From: Bacillota bacterium | Lineage (GTDB): Bacteria > Bacillota > Negativicutes > CTSoil-072 | DNA length: 64,000 nt | Direction of reading: 5' to 3' | Assembly: GCA_017889545.1 (NCBI GenBank) | Contig: JAGFZV010000014.1 | Span: 12,086-76,085, forward strand | The notes under the pieces: model-generated | Database searches by the model: none | The model's input: the letters and a program-made list of their open reading frames with translations, nothing else | What the model was told of the DNA's origin: nothing | Position numbers and translations under genes: made by a program | In this document: one piece after another, positions 9,940 to 19,331 of the stretch | How the letters are laid out: every line of letters starts with the position of its first letter | How positions within the stretch are numbered: the first letter of the stretch is position 1

Positions 9940-10725
9940 TTATAGCGTGTTGATCAGCAAATACCCGGCTGTATATAAAAGGATCCCGTTAACAATAAGT
10001 TGAAACCATTTTTGATTCATTTTAGGAAACATCCAATAACCGCACACCACGCCGAGCGCCGCTGCGGGAAGTAAAGCCAGGGAGGAACGGACGACACTCC
10101 CGCTAATTTCCACAGTGACTGCCTGGGCAATAATACTAATGCTATACACCACGATAAAAAAAGCCAACGTGGTACTGCGGATCACTTCTTTCTTACTGTT
10201 CGAAACATTAAAATATAACGCCAGGGGAACTCCCGGCATCCCAACACTTGTCGTAAGAGCCCCGGCACACATTCCCACCAGCAATTGCTGCCGTTTAGCC
10301 GAATTTACATCTTCTTGCCGTAATGCAAAATTGTCTGCAACGGGAACAGGCACCTCGTTCGGGCTGTTCCGGGAGGCATACCATTTAACAAGCGAAACTA
10401 AAGAAATCACCAAAATCACTGTGCCGATACTAATTTTTAAGATGTCCAGACTGATATACGCAAAAAACGCTACACCGATCGGAACCCCAATTATACTGCC
10501 AACAATAAGTTTATGAAGAAGGTCATATTGGATGCCGCGCCATATTTTGGGTATTAAAACAATCGCAATGAAAAACGACAGCAGTATGCTCATTTGGATG
10601 CAATCCCGGGAATGAAACACCAAAAGGAGAAAAGGAGTCGCCATAATAGCAAAACCAAATCCCGTGGCTGCTTGTAAAACGGAAGCAAAGAAAACAATCC
10701 CATTAGCAAGAATCAATTCGTACAT
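9940..10725 (-). CDS. TauE/SafE family sulfite exporter-like membrane protein
   Basis: QAATGFGFAI and GMPGVP motifs; start moved to MYELIL after RBS GGAGA. Confidence 0.8.
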   Translation of the reverse strand: MYELILANGIVFFASVLQAATGFGFAIMATPFLLLVFHSRDCIQMSILLSFFIAIVLIPKIWRGIQYDLLHKLIVGSIIGVPIGVAFFAYISLDILKISIGTVILVISLVSLVKWYASRNSPNEVPVPVADNFALRQEDVNSAKRQQLLVGMCAGALTTSVGMPGVPLALYFNVSNSKKEVIRSTTLAFFIVVYSISIIAQAVTVEISGSVVRSSLALLPAAALGVVCGYWMFPKMNQKWFQLIVNGILLYTAGYLLINTL

Positions 10726-10778
10726 GATTTCTCCCAGTTTATCATTATTATTGCAAGACGGGACAATCGTGCTGATGC

Positions 10779-11957
10779 CTATCTCCTGCTTTTTACTGCA
10801 TTCGCAATTCGTTCCAGGCCATCGCACAAGGTTTCCCGCGGGCAGCCGAAATTGAGCCGCATAAATCCTTCCCCCTGTTTGCCGAAAGCAAGCCCGTCAT
10901 TCAGTCCAACCCTTGCTTTCTGAACGAAAAAATCCCGAAGTTCCGTTTGGCTTAGTCCCAACGCGCGGCAATCCAGCCAAGCCAGATAAGTTCCTTCCGG
11001 CTTGATCATGCGGATGTCTGGAATATTATTTTTAATGAACTGCGCCAAAAAATTCGAATTTTCTTCCAGATAAGTTTGCAAAGCGTCCAGCCAGTCTCCG
11101 CCGTGGCGGTAAGCGGCTTCCAAAGCGGCGATTCCGAATATGTTGCCATCCGAAATATGCACCGCCTCCAACGCATCACGGAAGAGTTCACGCAGTTTTC
11201 GATTGGAAATGATTGTTGCCGCAGTCTTTAACCCGGCAATATTAAAACTTTTGCTGGGCGCGATGCAAGTGATTGTTGACCGCGCAATTTCCGGACTCAT
11301 AGAACGCATAGGAATATAACGATGGCCCTTGAAAACGAAATCGCCATGGATCTCGTCCGATAAAATTAACACATTATACCGCAAACACAAATTGGCCAAA
11401 GTTTGCAGTTCCTCTTTTGTCCAGATCCTGCCTACCGGGTTATGAGGACTTGCCAGGATGATCATTTTGATACCCAACTGCATCTTCTTTTCCAGATCAC
11501 GAAAATCCATCACATACCGGCCATCCTCAACCACTAGAGGATTTTCGACCACTTGGCGCCGGTTTTTCACAATGGACGAATAAAACGGCGGATAGACGGG
11601 AGGCTGAATGACTATTTTATCGCAGGGACGTGTAAAAGCCTGGATCGCCAGATTGATTGCCGGAACAACTCCAGGAGTATCCAATATCCATTCGCGTTCA
11701 ACCGGACAGCCATAGCGCTGCTCCATCCAATTCATAATGGCGCTATAATAGGCATCCGACTGCAGCGGATAACCGTAAACTCCGTGCGCTGCGCATTTTT
11801 TCAGTGCCTCAATCACAGCCGGCGGTGATTGAAAGTCCATATCTGCAATCCACATCGGCAGCACATCATCTGTACCAAAAACGTTCTTCCGGCCGTCCCA
11901 TTTCCGGCAACCACTCTGTTCCCGGTTCACAATCGTATCGAATGACCAATTCTTCAT
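10779..11957 (-). CDS. patB: MalY/PatB family PLP-dependent C-S lyase (cystathionine beta-lyase)
   Basis: PMWIADMDF, SPHNPVGR, SDEIHGD, APSKSFN, RLNFGCP. Confidence 0.9.
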   Translation of the reverse strand: MKNWSFDTIVNREQSGCRKWDGRKNVFGTDDVLPMWIADMDFQSPPAVIEALKKCAAHGVYGYPLQSDAYYSAIMNWMEQRYGCPVEREWILDTPGVVPAINLAIQAFTRPCDKIVIQPPVYPPFYSSIVKNRRQVVENPLVVEDGRYVMDFRDLEKKMQLGIKMIILASPHNPVGRIWTKEELQTLANLCLRYNVLILSDEIHGDFVFKGHRYIPMRSMSPEIARSTITCIAPSKSFNIAGLKTAATIISNRKLRELFRDALEAVHISDGNIFGIAALEAAYRHGGDWLDALQTYLEENSNFLAQFIKNNIPDIRMIKPEGTYLAWLDCRALGLSQTELRDFFVQKARVGLNDGLAFGKQGEGFMRLNFGCPRETLCDGLERIANAVKSRR

Positions 11958-12051
11958 GACCTATTTTCTCCTTCCCGTCAACCTCATTCCTGTAAATTAT
12001 TCCTCTTCGCAGACCAAATACCCTTTTTCCTATCTCTTCCTGTCCGAATGC

Positions 12052-12087
12052 GGGAAAGCCCCCCGTATTTTTACGGAGGGCTTTCCC
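12052..12087. terminator. Hairpin between abfD and patB
   Basis: GGGAAAGCCC...GGGCTTTCCC inverted repeat. Confidence 0.55.
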
Positions 12088-12129
12088 ACAAGACTGACTA
12101 GAGGCATCGCTCTAATCTTGCCGCTTCCA

Positions 12130-13578
12130 TTACTTACTCGGAATACCGGCAATGGCTTTGGCCAATTCCTTCTTTTGTTCCAAATTGCCCTGACGGGAAA
12201 TCATGATGCGCTGCGCTTGCGGCGATCCTGCACCGTGCATGGATTCAGTGCGGTAACCAACAGCCGCCGTTCCCAGTGTGATATTCTCAATTAAACGCAG
12301 AATGCGCATCCGGTACTCGGTTGGCACCGAAGCGATGCCCTTGAAATATTTTTCCACCACTTTCCCAATCACAGGGTGGCGCAAATCTTTCTCCGACGGC
12401 ATCGTTACCATCAACCCGCCGGCAATGTCTTCCGCCAAGCGAGCAATTTCATACGGGAACCGGGTAACATTTTGTTTACAGACGTTCGCCAGCAGCAAAT
12501 CAATAAGATACGTTCCTGAAGCAGTCTTGTGTCCTTCTGCTGAGCAGGCAATACCACAGGAGTACAAAGTTTCATTCAGATGAATCATTTCGATCAGTTT
12601 ATCTTTAAGATGAGATGCTTTCGCTGCGCCGTTGTAATCGGCCGCCAACGCCACCGCACCAATCAGCACATCACCGACGCCGACCTTGCAGCCGCCATAG
12701 CTTTGACGATGATAACCGGCAAACCGTTCTACCAGGGTACCGCTGAATTCATATTCTCCGCACATAAACACGTTTTCCCACGGAATAAACACATGATCAA
12801 AAACCATCAATGCTTCATGTCCGCCAAATTGTTTATTGCCGACATCAATGTCGCCGCCCTCCAGTTTGCGGGTATCGCAGGATTGACGCCCATAGATGTA
12901 AAAAATACCTTCCGCATCCGCCGGGGCGCAGAAAGAAACCGCATAGTCCGCGTCTTCTTTGCCCATGGAAATCGTCGGCATAACCAAAATCCAGTGGGAA
13001 TTAATCGCGCCTGTTTGGTGAGCCTTCGCGCCACAGATCACAATTCCATCTTCCCGTTTTTCCACAACACGGACAAAGAGGTCTGGATCTTCTTGTTTGC
13101 TGGGAGCAAGACCCCGGTCACCTTTCGGGTCTGTCATCGCTCCGTCGACAGTCCAGTCTTCTTCTTGCATCCGAGTTAAAAACTGGATAAATCGCTTGTG
13201 ATAATCGGTCCCCAGTTTTTGGTCCATTTCAAAGGTGGTGCTGTCAACCGCATTGATCGCATCCATACCCACACAACGTTGGAAGCAGGCGGCCGTTTTT
13301 TGTCCTAATAACCGCTGCATTTTTACTTTTTTCACTAAATCTTCAGCACTTTGATGCAGATGGCAAAAGCGGTTAATTTTTTCTCCGGAAAGATGGGAGG
13401 TTGCGGTCATCAAATCCGCATATTGCGGATCTTCCGCTAATTCATAAGTTGCCTTGACGGAATTCATTGATGGCCGAATAATCGGATGATCCACTGGGTT
13501 TTCCACCAATTCGCCCTGCAAATACACTTTAAAGTTGAGTTTACGCAGGCTTTCTTCATATTGTTGCGCTGTTTTCAT
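12130..13578 (-). CDS. abfD: 4-hydroxybutyryl-CoA dehydratase / vinylacetyl-CoA isomerase
   Basis: CFQRCVGMD, MTDPKGDR, YHRQSYGGCK (Fe-S ligands), ESMHGAGSPQAQ. Confidence 0.92.
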   Translation of the reverse strand: MKTAQQYEESLRKLNFKVYLQGELVENPVDHPIIRPSMNSVKATYELAEDPQYADLMTATSHLSGEKINRFCHLHQSAEDLVKKVKMQRLLGQKTAACFQRCVGMDAINAVDSTTFEMDQKLGTDYHKRFIQFLTRMQEEDWTVDGAMTDPKGDRGLAPSKQEDPDLFVRVVEKREDGIVICGAKAHQTGAINSHWILVMPTISMGKEDADYAVSFCAPADAEGIFYIYGRQSCDTRKLEGGDIDVGNKQFGGHEALMVFDHVFIPWENVFMCGEYEFSGTLVERFAGYHRQSYGGCKVGVGDVLIGAVALAADYNGAAKASHLKDKLIEMIHLNETLYSCGIACSAEGHKTASGTYLIDLLLANVCKQNVTRFPYEIARLAEDIAGGLMVTMPSEKDLRHPVIGKVVEKYFKGIASVPTEYRMRILRLIENITLGTAAVGYRTESMHGAGSPQAQRIMISRQGNLEQKKELAKAIAGIPSK

Positions 13579-13625
13579 TCCATTTGTCCCCCTCATACAA
13601 TTTGGTTCATATAGCAATATTACTA

Positions 13626-13642
13626 TGCAAGCTTTGTGCCAA
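13626..13642 (-). promoter_or_regulatory. sigma54 -24/-12 promoter of abfD
   Basis: Minus strand TTGGCACAAAGCTTGCA matches TGGCAC-N5-TTGCA. Confidence 0.88.
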
Positions 13643-13695
13643 AGATAAACGCCTTGAAACTATTCACTTGGAAGCATCAGGCAAACTAGAATATA

Positions 13696-13786
13696 TCGCG
13701 ATTTTGCGACAAAATGTCTAGAAATAAGCTACCCATCCAGCACCAGCAACCAGTCGCACTTTTGCGATATAGAAGCGATATTGCGA
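13696..13786. promoter_or_regulatory. Candidate upstream activator sequences for the adjacent sigma54 activator
   Basis: TCGCGATTTTGCGA (13696), TCGCACTTTTGCGA (13754) and a degenerate AGCGATATTGCGA (13774). Confidence 0.6.
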
Positions 13787-15193
13787 TCATTTTTTACATA
13801 GTCCATATTTTCGCGCCTTTCGGTAAGCAGTGGCCCGATCGATTCCCAATTCCACTGCTACCCGGTCCCACGAAAGGTATTCCTGATAGGCATCGGCAAG
13901 CAAATTTGCTTCCGCTTGCGCCAACATCTCTTTCATTTTCATATTTTTCGTCGGACTATACGTTTTTTTTCGTATATACTCAGGCAAATGTTCCACTGAA
14001 AGTTCATCATCGCTCGACGTAACGACCATTCGTTCAATAATATTTTCCATTTCCCGCACATTGCCCTTCCACTCATACTCCGTCAATTTATCGATAGCGG
14101 CGGCAGAAAATAATTTATTGTAAGAAAACTTCTTATTGTACTTGTCCAGAAAATGCCAAATCAACATGGGGATATCTTCTCTGCGGCTCCGCAGCGGCGG
14201 CAAATGAATTGGCACAACCATGAGCCGGTAATACAGATCGTCCCGAAAGGCGCCGGCGTCCACCATCTTGGTAAGGTCACGATGCGTAGCGGCAATAATT
14301 CTGACTTTTACGCTGACCGGTTTGGTTCCGCCAACCCGCATAATTTCTCTTTCCTGCAGCGCTCTGAGTATCTTGACCTGCAAAGCCGGCGTCATATCAC
14401 CTATTTCGTCAAGAAATAACGTTCCGTTGTGGGCCAGTTCAAACAGGCCGGGTTTTCCTTCTTTTCCAGCACCGGTAAACGCCCCCTTTTCATAGCCAAA
14501 TAGTTCGGATTCCAATAATTGTTCCGGAAGAGCGGCGCAATTAATTTTGATAAACGGCTGTTTTACGCCCTTGCCGGCTCCGTGTATCAACTTGGCGATC
14601 AACTCTTTTCCGGTCCCCGATTCGCCGGTAATCAGCACAGTGGAATCCACATTGGCTACTTTTCGCGCCGTTGCCAACACCTTTTCCATTGACTGACTGC
14701 GAAAAATGATATCCTTCGTATCCATCTGCATCGAGCGCAAATGCGAAAGCTCTGTCTGATACTGCAACGTCCGCTCTTTGGTTTTTTTGATCTGCTCTTG
14801 AAGCCGGGCCAGTTCAGTAATATCGCGGACATTTGTGACAACCCGGAACAGTTGTCCTTTGCCATCAAAAATGGGGTTCCCGGTCACCAGATATTCGTGG
14901 CTCCCTCTAATATTTTGCGTAATCGTGATCCGTTCTTTTTTTTCCATGACCAGCAATGTCACCGACTGGTCATAATATCCAACATCGATTAAATCCTTCA
15001 TGTTTTTACCGACCACTTCATCCGCCTTGATTCCCGTAAGCCGCTCATAAGCCGCATTCATGCGCAGGACCACTCCATTGCCGTCGGTGATAAACAGGCC
15101 GTCATAGGAAGAGGCAATAATCGCTTCCAATTCCCGCATAACAGTCTTCGCTTCATTGAGTTCCGAAATATGCTCTCCGGTTGCTTTCTTCAT
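13787..15193 (-). CDS. PAS-domain sigma54-dependent transcriptional activator
   Basis: PAS domain, GESGTGKE, ESELFGYEKGAFTGA, LFLDEIGD, C-terminal Fis-type HTH. Confidence 0.95.
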   Translation of the reverse strand: MKKATGEHISELNEAKTVMRELEAIIASSYDGLFITDGNGVVLRMNAAYERLTGIKADEVVGKNMKDLIDVGYYDQSVTLLVMEKKERITITQNIRGSHEYLVTGNPIFDGKGQLFRVVTNVRDITELARLQEQIKKTKERTLQYQTELSHLRSMQMDTKDIIFRSQSMEKVLATARKVANVDSTVLITGESGTGKELIAKLIHGAGKGVKQPFIKINCAALPEQLLESELFGYEKGAFTGAGKEGKPGLFELAHNGTLFLDEIGDMTPALQVKILRALQEREIMRVGGTKPVSVKVRIIAATHRDLTKMVDAGAFRDDLYYRLMVVPIHLPPLRSRREDIPMLIWHFLDKYNKKFSYNKLFSAAAIDKLTEYEWKGNVREMENIIERMVVTSSDDELSVEHLPEYIRKKTYSPTKNMKMKEMLAQAEANLLADAYQEYLSWDRVAVELGIDRATAYRKARKYGLCKK

Positions 15194-15422
15194 CCATTTC
15201 CTCCATGCACGACTTCTTCTATGGATGTATCTCTTTGCTTCAGAAATTCTGCTGTTGTTTCCAATAATATCTTAGCACATTCACTCTCTTCTACTGCAGA
15301 GGGTTTATTTCCTGTTATAATTATTCTTATTTTCTGTTATTTGCATTAAAGGAATTCCAGAAAGTTTTGTGGAAAGGTTTTCAATCAATAGCAGAAATAC
15401 TACTGCAAATGAAGGTGATAAA

Positions 15423-16817
15423 GTGCGAGAAACTCATTTACGCCAATCCCGCCAAACAGTAAAGCTGGGCTTAATTAAAGTTGTAAATGACTTATTTCCG
15501 GGCGAGACATTAAAAACTGCTTATTCTATTCAGGAAGGGGTATTCTGCAATCTTGCCGGTTCGGTTCTTTCCGAAAGAGAAGTAAAACAAATCAACATCA
15601 AACTGCAAGAGTGGGTGGATAAAGTCAGTCCGATCGAATTCCTTTTTAAAAAAGCTGGTTATTACCACTACAAAGTGGAAAATACCATTGTTAAAAGCAT
15701 TTACCCTGCAAACACGCAAACTGCCTTGGTAGAGCCTTTCCGGATGATCCCTTTTTCTTCCGGTTTCATTATCGACTTCTTCGATAGTGAAGAGGGAGAA
15801 GAAAAACCGTTTATTCTTCCTGAAAAGCTGTCCGCGACCTATGAAAAATCGCAGCGGTGGCTCAAAAACGTCAACCTTGAGCTAGTCTCTGATGTAAATG
15901 CCTACATTACTTCGGGCCAAAGCTCCGAATTGCTCAGCATCGCAGAAGCCTTGCAGGAAAAAGAAATCTCCGACATCGCGGATGCAATCCTTCAACAGCG
16001 CCGCGCCGTACGCGTGATCCTTATTTCCGGTCCTTCGTCTTCCGGTAAAACGACTTTTTCCGCAAGACTTTCCACACAGCTGCGAGTCAACGGATTAAAG
16101 CCAATCCCGCTTTCGCTGGACGATTATTTCCTAAATCGGGACCAGACACCGCTCGATAGTGAAGGAAACTATAACTTCGAAGCTTTCGAAGCTCTTGATA
16201 TTCAACTTTTACAACAACATCTCAAACAATTGATCGATGGAGAAACCATTGAAACACCCCGCTTTGATTTTGTATCCGGCTCCCGCATGGACAAAACAAG
16301 AACGATGCATTTGGGGCCTGCCGAAATTCTTGTCATTGAAGGGATGCATGCGTTGAATCCCCTTCTGATATCGAACGTAAATCGGAGTACTTTTTTTAAA
16401 GTTTATATCGGCGCCCTATTCGAACTCAATATCGACTTAATGAACAGAGTCCCCACTACAGAGGTCCGACTCATTCGCAGAATGGTCAGGGATGACCGTT
16501 TCAGGGGAACAACACCTGAAGGAACCTTCAACCGCTGGGCCAGCGTGCGCAAGGGCGAGTATGACTACGTATTTAAATTCCACGAAGAAGCCGATGTCAT
16601 GTTTAATTCCAGCTTGCTGTATGAAATGAACGCACTACGTCATTTTGCCGAAGCTTGTCTGCAAAAAGTCCAGGAGGACAGTCCGCATTACGCTACAAAG
16701 GAGCGTCTATTGAATCTGTTATCATTTTTTGAGCCCCTGGATATTGATAAAGTTCCTTTTAATTCGATCCTAAGAGAATTTATCGGTGAAAGCATTTATG
16801 CCCATTGCAAATTCTAG
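15423..16817 (+). CDS. Nucleoside (uridine) kinase family protein with a ThrRS-like N-terminal extension
   Basis: GPSSSGKTT, LSLDDYF, IEGMHALN, RLIRRMVRD. Confidence 0.85.
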   Translation: MRETHLRQSRQTVKLGLIKVVNDLFPGETLKTAYSIQEGVFCNLAGSVLSEREVKQINIKLQEWVDKVSPIEFLFKKAGYYHYKVENTIVKSIYPANTQTALVEPFRMIPFSSGFIIDFFDSEEGEEKPFILPEKLSATYEKSQRWLKNVNLELVSDVNAYITSGQSSELLSIAEALQEKEISDIADAILQQRRAVRVILISGPSSSGKTTFSARLSTQLRVNGLKPIPLSLDDYFLNRDQTPLDSEGNYNFEAFEALDIQLLQQHLKQLIDGETIETPRFDFVSGSRMDKTRTMHLGPAEILVIEGMHALNPLLISNVNRSTFFKVYIGALFELNIDLMNRVPTTEVRLIRRMVRDDRFRGTTPEGTFNRWASVRKGEYDYVFKFHEEADVMFNSSLLYEMNALRHFAEACLQKVQEDSPHYATKERLLNLLSFFEPLDIDKVPFNSILREFIGESIYAHCKF

Positions 16818-16909
16818 CCAGCGCCTTTAAACAATCGTGATCTACGAAAGACCTCAATCCATACACCGGCCAGCGGTATGGACTGAGGTCTTTCGTAGAT
16901 TTTTGCGGA

Positions 16910-17815
16910 TCATTCATCCAAACAGCACACTCGATTACGACCTGCCCGTTTCGCCGCATATAAAGCATCATCAGCGCGCTGCACTACTTGCTCAAAATTC
17001 TTGTCATTCGCCCGCAGCTGCGCAACGCCGATACTTAATGTAAACCGGACAACGCGTGCGTCTTCCAGCTCAATTTCTGCACTTCTGCACTGCTCCATAA
17101 CCCGTTGTGCAACCATTTGAGCCCGTTTCGCGTCTTCTTCTGGCAAAATTACAGAAAACTCTTCACCTCCGATGCGCCCAACCACATCAGTCGATCGAAA
17201 AGAAGTGCGAAAAATCTCCGCTACAGACCGCAATACCTGATCTCCTCCGTGATGTCCAAAAGTATCGTTGATTTTCTTGAAATGGTCCAGGTCAAGAACA
17301 AAGACAGACATGGGCATTTCATAACGCCTGGATTGCTCGATGCACCGCTGCCCTTTATCAAAAAAAGAACGCCGGTTTTCCAACTTTGTTAAAGGATCGG
17401 TAGTGGCTAATTCTTCCAAATCAGCTTGAGTTTTTGCCAATGCCTCAACCATTGAATTAAAAGAATCCGAAAAATCACCCATAAAATCTACTCTCTGGAT
17501 CAGATCTCCTTGAGCAATACGCTTTGTCTGCCAAGTTAAATGCCGCAAATTACTTTGCAGTGCTTTTAAATGGGCAACAACAAAGCCTTTACCATTCAAT
17601 TTTGTGCTTAAATCGCCACGAGACAATGTTAACGCAAATTCTCTGATCACAGCAAGAGATTGATACAGCTCCCGGAAATCAGTCTTAGCCATCAATTCCG
17701 GAGAAATTTCTTTTATTCCTGCTGGATTATTCAACAAATCCGCCAGCGGCGTCAAGATCTCCCGCATCTGCGCTTCCGACAAAGCACTCCTGCTTTCATT
17801 TTGCTGGTTGTTCAT
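16910..17815 (-). CDS. Diguanylate cyclase with a HAMP-like region
   Basis: TDPLT, DLDHFKKINDTFGH, RIGGEEF. Confidence 0.93.
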   Translation of the reverse strand: MNNQQNESRSALSEAQMREILTPLADLLNNPAGIKEISPELMAKTDFRELYQSLAVIREFALTLSRGDLSTKLNGKGFVVAHLKALQSNLRHLTWQTKRIAQGDLIQRVDFMGDFSDSFNSMVEALAKTQADLEELATTDPLTKLENRRSFFDKGQRCIEQSRRYEMPMSVFVLDLDHFKKINDTFGHHGGDQVLRSVAEIFRTSFRSTDVVGRIGGEEFSVILPEEDAKRAQMVAQRVMEQCRSAEIELEDARVVRFTLSIGVAQLRANDKNFEQVVQRADDALYAAKRAGRNRVCCLDE

Positions 17816-18339
17816 AACGCCTGAGCTTCAAATCGGCAAGTCCGGTCGCCCGTACACCAGCAATCGATTTCCTTCACCCGAAACTCTTTTCCGGTAAAGC
17901 TTTCCATCAATGCGGAAATAAAACCCTCATCATAGGTGCAGATTTCAAATCCGGTTTCTGGCAAACCCGAACAATCCAGGTCTTCCGATATCGTAATGAC
18001 AAACTTCCCTGTTTCCATATCCGCCTCTTCTACCCGCAAAATGCCAATCCCCAATTCTTTTAATATATCCTGCAGGCAAAGAACAAATTCATCCAGATTC
18101 TTTTGTTCACCAATCAGATTGCGGTAAAATTCCTGGCCGGACAACTTTCCGGCTTCATAGAAAATTTCATCCGCGGCTTCGGTCCCAAACCGCTTTTCCA
18201 GCACATCGCGAAATGTATATTGCATTAAACGATATACTTCCAAACGGGTATTTTGGCCTAAATTAGGCCGACCGAGTTCAATATTCCCCAGCAAGTCCCA
18301 TGAAAATTTATATTGTCGTTCCTTTTTGTCCAAACCCAC
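17812..18339 (-). CDS. V4R domain protein, translationally coupled to the GGDEF gene
   Basis: EDLDCSGLP, CTYDEGFI, EIDCWCTGDRTCRF; GTG start after AAAGGAG. Confidence 0.85.
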   Translation of the reverse strand: MGLDKKERQYKFSWDLLGNIELGRPNLGQNTRLEVYRLMQYTFRDVLEKRFGTEAADEIFYEAGKLSGQEFYRNLIGEQKNLDEFVLCLQDILKELGIGILRVEEADMETGKFVITISEDLDCSGLPETGFEICTYDEGFISALMESFTGKEFRVKEIDCWCTGDRTCRFEAQAL

Positions 18340-18456
18340 TCTCTTACTCTCCTTTAATGTATTATCCAACATCGCTGATTCAACAAAGCTATAATTCCCT
18401 TCATTTCCTATAATCCCTGCTGATATATTAAAATCATTAAACAGATATAAAAAAAC

Positions 18457-18507
18457 TTGACATTTACTATAATGTATTCTAGAATTAGTTCTAGAATACA
18501 TTATAGT
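18457..18507 (+). promoter_or_regulatory. sigmaA-type promoter overlapped by a perfect 19-bp inverted repeat
   Basis: TTGACA(18457)-N17-TAGAAT(18480); ACTATAATGTATTCTAGAA-ttag-TTCTAGAATACATTATAGT at 18466-18507. Confidence 0.7.
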
Positions 18508-18575
18508 TTTAACGATTTCTTTACCGCGAAATTTGGTACATCAATTACAATCCATTTAGAAAGGAGGCCTCTTCC

Positions 18576-18722
18576 ATGGTAAAACTTACAGGTGACGTAG
18601 GCGTTCTCAAGTGCCAATATGGCAGTTCTCAAAACCACGTAGATGCGTTAACGCTTGTAGCTGCTGCAGATATTCTTGGGATGATAAGTATTTTTTACAT
18701 AGTAAGTCGGTTTTGCGCCTAA
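18576..18722 (+). CDS. Unannotated 48-aa small protein with a hydrophobic C-terminal half
   Basis: AAGGAGG RBS, ATG, upstream promoter and downstream terminator; MVKLTGDVGVLKCQYGSSQNHVDALTLVAAADILGMISIFYIVSRFCA. Confidence 0.55.
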   Translation: MVKLTGDVGVLKCQYGSSQNHVDALTLVAAADILGMISIFYIVSRFCA

Positions 18723-18747
18723 TAATATAAACACTGTTGTATGTATT

Positions 18748-18797
18748 AAAAAAGTGCATGCTTTCTCCTTTTTAAGGCGAAAAGCGTGCACTTTTTT
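18748..18797. terminator. Bidirectional terminator-like hairpin
   Basis: AAAAAAGTGCATGCTTT...AAAGCGTGCACTTTTTT. Confidence 0.7.
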
Positions 18798-18938
18798 AAC
18801 TGCGAAAGTACAATCGATCTGCAATAAAAGTCTCAGCCCGAAAATTAAAGGAATTATTAGATAATTGCAGAAATTTCATTATAGAAAGTTATGTTATTAT
18901 GAAGAATTTACAATATATTTTGGAAGGAGTGAGTTAAA

Positions 18939-19283
18939 ATGCCTGCACTCAGAATCTCTCCGGAAGATTTAATGGAACGCCTGAAATCCGAAACTATACT
19001 GATTGTCGATGTCAGGCAAGACGAACCCTACGAAAACAGCAAACTGAAAATTTCCGGCAGTGTAAGATTGCTCCCCAATGACGATGAAGTGATCAATGGT
19101 TTCATGCAATCTACTGAGAAAACGCAACCGATCGTAACCTATTGTACTTGACACAAGGAATACACAAGCGCCCGTGTGGCGAACATACTTACAAAAAACG
19201 GGTTTTCTGATGTGCGTGCTTTGCTCGGCGGCTTTGATGCCTGGAAACAAGCCGGCTATCCAACAGAACCAAAAGTGGATTGA
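18939..19283 (+). CDS. Rhodanese-domain selenoprotein (in-frame TGA at 19149-19151, YCTU motif), 114 aa
   Basis: The rhodanese fold continues past TGA in frame (HKEYTSARVANILTKNGFSDVRALLGGFDAWKQAGYPTE). SECIS-like hairpin CGCC-CGTGT-GGCG at 19169-19181. Confidence 0.8.
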
Positions 19284-19331
19284 TCATGCGCGTGATATAA
19301 TGCTGAACGTTAAAAATTATGAAAATGGGGT

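Noticed and set aside
18939-19151. 70-aa truncated rhodanese or pseudogene
   Set aside because: The intact downstream frame and SECIS-like hairpin favour Sec readthrough
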